Counted from the first letter of the stretch, positions 15,605 to 23,059 are shown. The stretch is DNA of 32,924 bases from an uncultured Planctomycetaceae bacterium (GCA_964564965.1 CAZMDT010000001.1:13237-46160); one strand, 5' to 3'. Notes: generated by a model not told the origin, from the sequence alone. Translations and numbers: made by a program.

Positions 15605-17491
15605 TCACCACCACAGCTTCATGCGGAGCCAGTTCACCAGCCGGCGCGACCAGATCCACGCGTACCGCCGCCGGTCGATGTGGATTCGGGCGGCGCCCTT
15701 CATGCCGGGGCTCATCCAGTCGGCCGAGGTCTCCAGCCGGACGCGAACGCGAAAGACGTTCTGCTGCTGCTCCACCTCGGCGACCGGGCTGATCCACTCC
15801 ACGGTGAACGGGATGCGCCGCTGGGTGTAGGCGGCGAAGGTCAGCTCGCCCGGCTGCCCGAGGCGGACCTCGGCGATCTGGTCCTCGGGGACGAACACCT
15901 CGGCCCGCAGGGCGGCCAGTTCGGCGACCTCGAACAGCGCCTTGCCCTTCTCCACCGCCGTGCCCACCTGGCGCTTCAGGCTCTCGCTGACGACCGTGCC
16001 GGCGAACGGGGCGGTGAGGCGCGATTCGGCGACCTTCCTCTTCAGCGGCTCGATCTCGCCCTGGCGGACCTCCTCGCCCCGCTGCTCAGAGATGGCGGCC
16101 TCGGCGTACTTGCCGTCACGCCGGTAGACGGACGCCTCCATGAGGAAGGCGGTGCGTTTGGTGTTGGCGGCCTCGAGGGCGGCTTCGAGGTCCTCGGTGT
16201 CCAGCTTCCCCAGCAGTTGCCCGGCGGCGACGGCGTCGTCCGGCTCGACCTTCACCTCGGACAGCACGCCCGCGAACGGCGCCGAGACAAACTCCCGCCG
16301 CCGCGACTCCAGCACGAACGTGCCGCCGGCGTTGTAGTCGCCCCGGGCGAATACCAGGAACACCACGCACGCGAACACGACCAGGGCGATGAGCTTGGCC
16401 CACGTGTGCTTGGCGCCGAGGAGGAAGGCCACCCCGCGCCGGGCGGCGGCCGCCGCCTTCGCGCCGAACCACCGGTCCTGGCGGTGCAGGTTCTCCAGCC
16501 GCGCCGTGCACTGTTCGCCCGTCAGCCGGTGCGTCTCCACCTCCTCCGCGGCGAACGGCTCCTCCGCGCGCCGCTCGGCGGTGAGCACGGCCACCGGCTC
16601 GCCCCCCTGCCGCAGGGGCAGGCTCACCACGGCCGACGGACCGTGCCGACGCGCCAGGTCCTGCGCCGCGCGGTTCACGATCGGCGCCTCCGGCGGCGAG
16701 GGATGGACGATCTCGGCGTCCTGGTCGAGGCACTCCTCCATGGCGGCCTCGATGTCCTGGACGAGCTTCATCTTGCGGCTGAACTTTTCGGTGTGGCTAA
16801 GGGCCTTGAGCTGGACGTACCGCCCCTTGAGGAAGCCGAGGGCGGCGCGTTCGCACTTCCAGCGGGCGGCGATTTCGTTGCAGCAGGCCATCGCCGCGCC
16901 GGCGAACCGCTGCTGCTCGTTGAGGGCGGCGACGACCTCCATGGCCCTTCGCAGGCGGGCGAGGTCCCCCTGGCGCTGCTGGAGCGACAGGCGCATCTCG
17001 TACAGGCTCAGCAGGCTGATGCTCAGCTCCAGGCGCTCGCGGGCGGCAACGAGGGCGGCGCGGCTGGGCGTGGCGACGTGGAACACCGCCAGCCCGCGCG
17101 TGCCCTGGTCGTCGCGCACCGGGATGAAGATGAGGCTGCGCCGGGCGGGCTGGCCGTAGAGGTCGTCGGCGGCGTGGAGGGCCTGCACCGTCGTGCCGTC
17201 GGCGGCCAACGCCTTCGGGGCGAGCGGCACCGCCTGCGCCAGCCAGGCCGGGGCCGTGCCGCCCTCGGGAATCGCCGGAGACGCCGCCAGCACCTCCGCC
17301 CGTCCGCCGGCGCCGCCGCGCAGAAACGCCCCCCCGGACGCCGACGCCAGCCGGCACTGCACCGCCAGCAGCTCCGCCAGGAACGCCTGCGGCGGGCCCT
17401 CGAAACGGCTCAGGTGCTCCACCAGCTCCGCCGCCGTTCCCGTTGGCGGCGGCACCTCCCGCTGGCCGATCTGTTCGCCGCGCACGGCCAT
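15605..17491 (-). CDS. Tandem GAF-like cytoplasmic domains, TM anchor and HlyD-family periplasmic adaptor
   Basis: ORF 15605..17491. The N-terminal approx. 330 aa form two GAF-like modules (pattern recognition only). These are followed by one TM helix (WAKLIALVVFACVVFLVFA), then lipoyl/barrel-sandwich adaptor motifs (FVSAPFAGVLSEVKVEPDDAVAAGQLLGKLD ... LTAPFAGTVVSESLKRQVGTAVEKGKALFEVAE). Confidence 0.75.
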   Translation of the reverse strand: MAVRGEQIGQREVPPPTGTAAELVEHLSRFEGPPQAFLAELLAVQCRLASASGGAFLRGGAGGRAEVLAASPAIPEGGTAPAWLAQAVPLAPKALAADGTTVQALHAADDLYGQPARRSLIFIPVRDDQGTRGLAVFHVATPSRAALVAARERLELSISLLSLYEMRLSLQQRQGDLARLRRAMEVVAALNEQQRFAGAAMACCNEIAARWKCERAALGFLKGRYVQLKALSHTEKFSRKMKLVQDIEAAMEECLDQDAEIVHPSPPEAPIVNRAAQDLARRHGPSAVVSLPLRQGGEPVAVLTAERRAEEPFAAEEVETHRLTGEQCTARLENLHRQDRWFGAKAAAAARRGVAFLLGAKHTWAKLIALVVFACVVFLVFARGDYNAGGTFVLESRRREFVSAPFAGVLSEVKVEPDDAVAAGQLLGKLDTEDLEAALEAANTKRTAFLMEASVYRRDGKYAEAAISEQRGEEVRQGEIEPLKRKVAESRLTAPFAGTVVSESLKRQVGTAVEKGKALFEVAELAALRAEVFVPEDQIAEVRLGQPGELTFAAYTQRRIPFTVEWISPVAEVEQQQNVFRVRVRLETSADWMSPGMKGAARIHIDRRRYAWIWSRRLVNWLRMKLWW

Positions 17492-17526
17492 GCGCTTCTA
17501 CCCATCCCGCCCCGGACGAGGAGGCA

Positions 17527-17895
17527 CTACAGGTTGTCCTTGCGTCGCTTGGCTACGTCCAGCTCCAGCTCGCCGAACTGGTCCTCGTGCTGGCGGATGA
17601 CCCGCGACAGCGTGATGGCCAGCCGCTTGGCGGAGTGGTAGTTGAGGATGATGCGCTCGTTGACCTGGAAGATGATCTCCGGCTGCCCCTGCTGCTGGGT
17701 AGCGGGATTGACCACGTTCAGCCCGAAGTCGATCATGACCTCCTCGGCGGTGGCGTTGGTGCGGAAGGCGTTGGCGTAGCTGCTGCGCATGTTCCGCTCG
17801 TCCATGCGGATGCGGACCTGCTGCTGCCCGGTCTGCTGGCGCGCCTGCTGGTCGATGGGATGCTCCTCGGGGGTCTTGGCGTCGTCTTTGGCCAT
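17527..17895 (-). CDS. DUF3467-family small protein with a Gln-rich N-terminus
   Basis: ORF 17527..17895. ATG 17895 is preceded by AGGGAG, which overlaps the stop codon of the upstream HlyD gene. The core SSYANAFRTNATAEEVMIDFGLNV...NERIILNYHSAKRLAITLSRVIRQHEDQFGEL matches the DUF3467 pattern as I recall it (YAN..........E..lDFg ... a.rL...L...i..yE..FG). It has no signal peptide and no TM helix. Confidence 0.65.
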   Translation of the reverse strand: MAKDDAKTPEEHPIDQQARQQTGQQQVRIRMDERNMRSSYANAFRTNATAEEVMIDFGLNVVNPATQQQGQPEIIFQVNERIILNYHSAKRLAITLSRVIRQHEDQFGELELDVAKRRKDNL

Positions 17896-17905
17896 CAGTG
17901 GCTCC

Positions 17906-18808
17906 CTATCTGTGGGTGTCGGTTTCGCCCGGCCTTGGCGCCGCCGGGGCCTCAGGAAAGCTCACGCGCACCCGCTGCCCGGCCCGTCGGCCGGCGGGGT
18001 TCGGCAGCTCCACGCGGACCGTCAGCGTCTCGCTGGCGGCGTCGGCCACCGAGGCCACGAACGTGATCGTCCCCGTCACCGTCTCGCCCGTTCGGGCGAA
18101 CGTCACGTCGGCCTTGCCGCCCGATGCCAGCGCGCCCGCCTGCACGCCCGGCACCGGCACGTCGATCCGCAACGGGTCGGTCTTCACGATCCGGATGAGC
18201 TTCTCCAGGGCGTCGACGGACTCCCCCGCCTCGACCACGACACGCTCCACCATGCCGTCGATCGGGCTGAGCAGCTTCATCCGCGCGACCTGAAGCTCCG
18301 CCTCGCGCAGCTTCAGCCCGTCCTGCTCGTGTTGCAGCTTCGCCAGCTCCAGCGAAAGCTCCGCGATCGTCACGTCCAGCTGCGCGTGCTCCACCTCCGC
18401 CTGCGTGGAGGCGCCGCTCCGGGCGGCGTCCTCGATCTTCTTCAGGTCCAGCTTCTTCTGCGCGAGCTGCGCCTCGGCGGCGCGGACGCGCGTCCGGTCG
18501 GTCGCCTGGGTGCGGAGCTGCTCGAGCTGCACGCGTTCGGCCGAATCGTCCTGGCTGATCAGCAGCTCCCCCGCCTTCACCTGCTGACCGTCCTTCACCA
18601 GGACCTTGGCGATCTGCCCCGGGCGGACGAAGGAGAGGGTGACGTCCTTGCTGGGGATGGTGACGGCCTCAATGCCTTCGGCGGCGCAAGTTGCGGCCGC
18701 GCACAGCAACACCGCCGCTGTTGCCGCCGGCCGGGCGCCCCGCGCCGCCGCGGACCCCACGCGCCGCCACAAGGCGCTCGGGGCCCGCTGGTGACTTGCA
18801 TCGCTCAT
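17906..18808 (-). CDS. HlyD-family periplasmic adaptor (membrane fusion protein)
   Basis: ORF 17906..18889, trimmed to ATG 18808 (MSDASHQRAP...), which is preceded by GAGGTG with a 6-nt spacer. The longer version would overlap the predicted promoter. It has a signal anchor (AATAAVLLCAAATCAA), a lipoyl-like motif (VRPGQIAKVLVKDGQQVKAGELLISQDD), a coiled coil, and LLSPIDGMVERVVVEAGESV. Confidence 0.8.
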   Translation of the reverse strand: MSDASHQRAPSALWRRVGSAAARGARPAATAAVLLCAAATCAAEGIEAVTIPSKDVTLSFVRPGQIAKVLVKDGQQVKAGELLISQDDSAERVQLEQLRTQATDRTRVRAAEAQLAQKKLDLKKIEDAARSGASTQAEVEHAQLDVTIAELSLELAKLQHEQDGLKLREAELQVARMKLLSPIDGMVERVVVEAGESVDALEKLIRIVKTDPLRIDVPVPGVQAGALASGGKADVTFARTGETVTGTITFVASVADAASETLTVRVELPNPAGRRAGQRVRVSFPEAPAAPRPGETDTHR

Positions 18809-18861
18809 GGGCTTCACCTCAGTCAAGACCGCTTCCGCGCAAGAGAACGCCCCGACGCCGT

Positions 18862-18889
18862 ATTGTAACTCGACAGTTTCTCCCGGCAA
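18862..18889 (-). promoter_or_regulatory. sigma70-like promoter of the HlyD/DUF3467/GAF-HlyD/M50-HlyD/SecA-like operon
   Basis: Minus strand reads TTGCCG (18889-18884), a 16-nt spacer, then TACAAT (18867-18862). It lies about 55 nt upstream of ATG 18808. Confidence 0.45.
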
Positions 18890-19110
18890 CTACGGTCTTT
18901 TCCGCCCGCCGCGGCGGCGATCGGTTGTTCGGCAACAGTTTGATGCACGGTCACAGTCCACAGGAAGGTGGAAGGGGAAGGCGAGGGGGCCGCACGCGCC
19001 GCGGCGAGGCGCCGCTGCGTGCCTTCACTCCGACCGGGCCCTTCGACTCCCCCTGCGCCCGCCTTCGGTCCCGGCCCTGGGTCGAGGGAGGTGGATTTTT
19101 CAGTTCGCGC

Positions 19111-19139
19111 TTGACGAAATGCCGGATCGACGGTATGAT
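19111..19139 (+). promoter_or_regulatory. sigma70-like promoter of the LacI-family regulator operon
   Basis: TTGACG (19111-19116), a 17-nt spacer, then TATGAT (19134-19139). It sits immediately upstream of the operator palindromes and 92 nt before ATG 19231. Confidence 0.55.
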
Positions 19140-19143
19140 GGCC

Positions 19144-19176
19144 CTTAACGTTAAGGCCCAAGCCCGTAACGTTAAG
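19144..19176. promoter_or_regulatory. Two LacI-type palindromic operators (O1 CTTAACGTTAAG, O2 CGTAACGTTAAG)
   Basis: O1 (19144-19155) is a perfect 12-bp palindrome with a central CG. O2 (19165-19176) differs at one base. Their centres are 21 bp apart, two helical turns. O1 starts 5 nt after the -10 hexamer, so it covers the predicted transcription start. Confidence 0.55.
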
Positions 19177-19230
19177 ATCATCTTGAGCGAGTAGTCGTTG
19201 TCCCAGCGATCTGGAGCCAACCGGCAGACC

Positions 19231-20262
19231 ATGGCCGTCACGTTGAAGGACGTCGGAGAGAAGCTGGGCCTCAGCGCCGTGACCGTCTCCTGCGCGCTGC
19301 GAAACACCGGCGACGTGGCCGAGCCGACCCGCCGCCGCGTGCTGCGGGCCGCCCGCGAGCTCGGCTACCGCCCCAACGCCTTCGCCCGCTCGGTTCGCAC
19401 CGGGCGGTTCGGCAACGTCGCGCTGACCATGAGCATGGAGGCCACATGGAGCCAGACGCCCGAGCCGCTGCTCCGTGGCATCGAGCGGGCGCTGGCCGAG
19501 CGGGACATGCTGCTGACGATCGCCGCGCTGCCGGACGAGCAGCTCACCGACGAGGGGTTCGTGCCGAAGATGCTTCGGGAATGGATGGCCGACGGGCTGC
19601 TGATCAACTACAACGCGCGGATCCCCGCGCGGATGGTGGAGCTGATCGAGCAGTACGAGCTGCCGTCGGTGTGGATCAACTCGAAACACACGGGCGACTG
19701 CGTGTACCCCGACGACTACGCCGCCGGGCGCGAGGCCGCCTGCCGACTGCTGGCGCTGGGGCACCGGCGGATCGCTTTCGTCGATTTCTCCAGTCCCCCG
19801 CCGGACCGCAAGAGCCACTACAGCCAGATCGACCGGCAGCAGGGGTACCGCGACGCGCTGGCCGAGGCGGGGCTCGCCGGGCGGCGCGTGGGCGACCGCC
19901 AGAGCCTCGGCCGGGGGGAGATCGTCTCCTCCCTGCGCGCGATGCTCGCCGAGCCCCGCCGCCCCACCGCCGTGGTCACCTACAACATGCCCGAGGCGGA
20001 GGCGGCGTTCATGGCCGCCGGGCTCGCCGGCCTGGAGGTCCCCCGCGACCTGTCGATCATCACCTGCTGCATCGGCCGGGCCGAGGGGCTGGGGATGATC
20101 TTCGCCAACATGGTGATCCCCGAGCAGCAGCTCGGCAAGCAGGCCGTGACGCAGCTTCTCACCAAGATCGACGACCCGTCGCGGCAGACACCCGCGACGG
20201 CCGTTCCGTTCACGTTCGATGAAGGGCAGTCGCTTGGCCGCCCTTCCGGAGATGACAGCTAA
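19231..20262 (+). CDS. LacI/GalR-family transcriptional regulator
   Basis: ORF 19198..20262 (TTG start), trimmed to ATG 19231. This places the HTH (VTLKDVGEKLGLSAVTVSCALRN) at the N-terminus, as in the family. It is followed by ELGYRPNAFARS and a periplasmic-binding-protein-like sugar-binding core. Confidence 0.9.
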   Translation: MAVTLKDVGEKLGLSAVTVSCALRNTGDVAEPTRRRVLRAARELGYRPNAFARSVRTGRFGNVALTMSMEATWSQTPEPLLRGIERALAERDMLLTIAALPDEQLTDEGFVPKMLREWMADGLLINYNARIPARMVELIEQYELPSVWINSKHTGDCVYPDDYAAGREAACRLLALGHRRIAFVDFSSPPPDRKSHYSQIDRQQGYRDALAEAGLAGRRVGDRQSLGRGEIVSSLRAMLAEPRRPTAVVTYNMPEAEAAFMAAGLAGLEVPRDLSIITCCIGRAEGLGMIFANMVIPEQQLGKQAVTQLLTKIDDPSRQTPATAVPFTFDEGQSLGRPSGDDS

Positions 20263-20294
20263 GCGCAGGGTTCCGAACCTGGAAGGAGAGAAGA

Positions 20295-20774
20295 ATGGAG
20301 ACGAGACGACTTGCGGCAACGGCCTGGGCGGTGGTGCTGGCGGTCGGCGCGGCGGCAACGGGGGCGACGTACACCGAGGACTTCGAGATCGGCGGGAGCC
20401 CCACGTTCGGCACGAGCGACCCGCGGGCGGCGTCGGAGGTGGGCTGGACGGCCTTCAGCGATTCGGCCTTCTCCGACGCGCTGACGGAGGTGTTGACGCA
20501 CGGCGGCGCGGGAAACGGCGTGTGCGTCGCCAACATGAAGTACACCGGCAAGCTGGACTTCACCACCCGCTACGCGTTCATGGAAAGCGACACCACCAAC
20601 GCCACCAACACCAATCCGGAGTACCAGGAGACGGTCTGGTACACCGACGAGTTGCTGTCGGGCGAGCCGGCCGACGCCACGCTCGACATCGACGGCGCCA
20701 CGGCCACCTGGCAGCTCGAGGGCGGCACGAACGACACCGGCAACGGCAACAACGGCGGGCGGTCGAGCCTGTGA
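20295..20774 (+). CDS. N-terminal fragment (signal peptide plus domain) of a PEP-CTERM protein split by a frameshift
   Basis: ORF 20295..20774. A strong RBS (GGAAGGAGAG) precedes it. The signal peptide is METRRLAATAWAVVLAVGAAATGA. It stops at TGA 20772-20774, directly after a GGCGGGCGG run. There is no anchor or sorting signal of its own. Confidence 0.6.
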   Translation: METRRLAATAWAVVLAVGAAATGATYTEDFEIGGSPTFGTSDPRAASEVGWTAFSDSAFSDALTEVLTHGGAGNGVCVANMKYTGKLDFTTRYAFMESDTTNATNTNPEYQETVWYTDELLSGEPADATLDIDGATATWQLEGGTNDTGNGNNGGRSSL

Positions 20775-21166
20775 TGGTCCGGCTGTCCGACGGGACGTGG
20801 TACGTCTCCGACTACAAGCAGACCAGCGGCGGCACCGACGGCATCAAGAACGCCAGCCTCGCCATCGACACCGCCACGCTGTGGGATGCGCTGGCGCTCG
20901 ACAGCGGCGCCGCCGCCGGCAGCCGGATCCTCCTGACCGACGCTGACGTCACGCTCTCGGCGGCGGACCTGGCCGACGTGGACTGCGTGGGCTTCTACTG
21001 GCTCGGGCGCAACAACGACGGCAACGAGCTGCCCGCCGGCATCGACAACTTCGGGCTGGACGAGTACGAGGTGGCCTCGCCGGCGGTGATCCCCGAGCCG
21101 GTGACGCTGCTGGCGCTGTTCGGCGTGCTCGGCGCGCTGGGCGGCTACCTCCGCCGGCGGAGGTAG
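20774..21166 (+). CDS. C-terminal fragment carrying the PEP-CTERM anchor of the same split gene
   Basis: This is the frame of ORF 20219..21166. A possible restart at ATG 20774 overlaps the upstream stop (GTGATGG). The sequence is MVRLSDGTWYVSDYKQ...VIPEPVTLLALFGVLGALGGYLRRRR. It has a PEP-CTERM signal but no signal peptide. The upstream part of this frame (..AVEPV) reads smoothly into it, so a 1-nt indel near 20757-20762 is the simplest explanation. Confidence 0.55.
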   Translation: MVRLSDGTWYVSDYKQTSGGTDGIKNASLAIDTATLWDALALDSGAAAGSRILLTDADVTLSAADLADVDCVGFYWLGRNNDGNELPAGIDNFGLDEYEVASPAVIPEPVTLLALFGVLGALGGYLRRRR

Positions 21167-21206
21167 CGCAGGCCTTCGGCGCCCGCCAGAAGCGGCCGGA
21201 GACGGC

Positions 21207-22016
21207 ATGCACGACACCCGACGTCCACATTGCGGCGGCGGCCCCGGCCCCCTTCGTGCGACGACTGCCTTCACGTTGATCGAGCTGCTGGTCGTGGTCG
21301 CCATCATCGCGCTGCTGGTGACGATCCTGTCGCCCTCGCTGAACGAGGCGAAGACGCTCGCCCGCCGCGCCATCTGCGGCAGCAACTTCCATCAGCTTCA
21401 CGCGGCTTGGCTGGTCTACGCGGCCGACAGCCGGGACAGGCTGCCGATCATGCCGCACAACTCCGGGCCGCTGGACCCGTTCAACACGCGGGTGATCAGC
21501 GTCACCGACAGCTACGCTGACCAGTACTGGGGCGGCGACTGGAAGATCGCGGAGTTCATCCGCCCCTACGCGGTGCCGGCGCTGTGGAACTGCCCCGAGG
21601 TGAACGCCCCGCCGATCGACGACCCCCGCAACACGCGCGCCATCGCCTGCTACGGGCCGCTGTGCTACCTGCCGGGCAACTACCATCCGCTGTTCGACCA
21701 CGCCGCGGACGAGTTCCACCCGCAGTCCATCGCCGAGGCCGACGGCGACGACATCCTCATGCAGGACGCCGTGGTGGTGGACCTCGACTCCGGCGCGGTG
21801 CGGTTCAACCACGGCAGGGGCCCGCGCGTGCAGAGCCGCCCCGACGACAACCCCAGCGCGATGCACCTCGGCTCCGAGGACTACCGGGACGCGGCCGGAT
21901 CGCATATACTGCGGTTCAGCGGCAGCGTGCAGTTCCGCCCCGCCTCCGCGCTGGCAGACCAGGGCTACACGAGCCACCCCTGGACGACGTGGCGGTTCTA
22001 CTCCGTCAGCGACTGA
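21207..22016 (+). CDS. Prepilin-type N-terminal cleavage/methylation domain protein (DUF1559-like pseudopilin family)
   Basis: ORF 21207..22016. The N-terminus is ..RATTAFTLIELLVVVAIIALLVTILSPSLNEAKTLARRAICGSNFHQL (class III signal and conserved Glu5). The C-terminus GSHILRFSGSVQF resembles the H..N..F.DGSV end of the family. Confidence 0.85.
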   Translation: MHDTRRPHCGGGPGPLRATTAFTLIELLVVVAIIALLVTILSPSLNEAKTLARRAICGSNFHQLHAAWLVYAADSRDRLPIMPHNSGPLDPFNTRVISVTDSYADQYWGGDWKIAEFIRPYAVPALWNCPEVNAPPIDDPRNTRAIACYGPLCYLPGNYHPLFDHAADEFHPQSIAEADGDDILMQDAVVVDLDSGAVRFNHGRGPRVQSRPDDNPSAMHLGSEDYRDAAGSHILRFSGSVQFRPASALADQGYTSHPWTTWRFYSVSD

Positions 22017-22069
22017 GGCGGGCGCGTGGCGGCCGGGCCGTCCGCGCGGCCCGCTGCCGCACAGGCCCG

Positions 22070-23059
22070 ATGAAACACGACCATCGCAACGGAACCGCCT
22101 CGCCTTGCTCGCCTGCCGGCAGAGGGCGCCCGGTCCTGCACGGTTTCACCTTGATCGAACTGCTGGTCGTCATCGCGATCATCGCGCTGCTGCTGACGCT
22201 GCTGATGCCCTCGCTGAACCGGGCGAGGGAGCTCGCACGCCGGGCGGTGTGCGCGACGAACCTGCACACCTGGGCGGTGGCGGCCCACCAGTTCGCCTCC
22301 GAGCACGACGGGCTGCCGCCGTCGGCGTACCACGAGCCCACCCAGGGACGGGGCCTGCAACTGGAGTGCGTCCGCCTCGGGCGCGAGGACCTCCCGGCGG
22401 GGATCGTCCCGGGCTATCCCATCGTCGGCAACGGGCAGTGGAAGAGCTGGGGCTACCCGACCAGCATCGACGAGAAGTGGGATGAGTTCGAGCGCGTCGA
22501 GAAGCACGGCGGGCAGGAGGCCTGGCGGGCGTTCGGCACCAGTTGGGACAGCTTCCGCCTGTACGGGCTCACCAAAGGCCACTGGCGATGCCCGAGTTCG
22601 CCCCGCGAGCCGCTCTGCGAAAATGACGGTTCGGCCGCGGAACCCAACGGCTCGAACGTGAGGACCAGCTACCTGTACGTGGCCGGTCTCGGCATGAACA
22701 GCCCGGACGACAACGGCCGGGAGGTCGCCGGCGGGTGCTGGAACGCCGGGACCCCCAACAACGGCTACCGCTGGCTGGTGGACCCGGAGGTCCCTCCGGC
22801 GGCGTCATCCTACACCGACGAGACGCCCGCCCGGACGGTGATCGCCGCGGACCGGCTGCGGCGCTACAACAGCGCCACCGGAAAGACCGAGTGGAACCAC
22901 GACGCCCCCGACGGCAAGCTCCCCGGGTGGCAGGGCATCGCCTGGGGCGACGGGCACGTCGAGCCGCGCGACGACGGGTACTACAGCGTCCTCCCGGACG
23001 AGGGCACCTATGCCCTCTGGGCGTCCGGCGCCGCGGTGTACTACTGGTGGGAGCCGTAA
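22070..23059 (+). CDS. Prepilin-type N-terminal cleavage/methylation domain protein (DUF1559-like), paralogue 2
   Basis: ORF 21584..23059, trimmed to ATG 22070 (MKHDHRNG...VLHGFTLIELLVVIAIIALLLTLLMPSLNRARELARRAVCATNLH). It has the C-terminal WGDGHV motif. Confidence 0.85.
   Translation: MKHDHRNGTASPCSPAGRGRPVLHGFTLIELLVVIAIIALLLTLLMPSLNRARELARRAVCATNLHTWAVAAHQFASEHDGLPPSAYHEPTQGRGLQLECVRLGREDLPAGIVPGYPIVGNGQWKSWGYPTSIDEKWDEFERVEKHGGQEAWRAFGTSWDSFRLYGLTKGHWRCPSSPREPLCENDGSAAEPNGSNVRTSYLYVAGLGMNSPDDNGREVAGGCWNAGTPNNGYRWLVDPEVPPAASSYTDETPARTVIAADRLRRYNSATGKTEWNHDAPDGKLPGWQGIAWGDGHVEPRDDGYYSVLPDEGTYALWASGAAVYYWWEP
22178..22216 (+). repeat. 39-nt segment identical to 23148-23186 (prepilin N-terminal helix coding region)
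   Basis: ATCATCGCGCTGCTGCTGACGCTGCTGATGCCCTCGCTG occurs identically in paralogues 2 and 3. The flanks are near-identical. Confidence 0.8.

Noticed and set aside
13376-17641. 1421-aa plus-strand ORF spanning the M50-HlyD and GAF-HlyD genes
   Set aside because: Its composition is Arg/Pro/Gly/Ala/His-rich low complexity with no recognisable motif. It is the antisense shadow of two minus-strand genes that have clear family signatures. This is typical of high-GC DNA, where stops are rare.
11409-18889. Interpreting the operon as a type I secretion or tripartite efflux system
   Set aside because: No ABC, RND or MFS inner-membrane transporter and no TolC-like outer-membrane factor is encoded in or next to the operon within this window.
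20774-21166. Treating the C-terminal PEP-CTERM fragment as an independent functional gene
   Set aside because: It lacks a signal peptide, which a PEP-CTERM substrate needs. Its reading frame is already open and sensible upstream of the ATG. It is kept as a fragment of a frameshifted gene.
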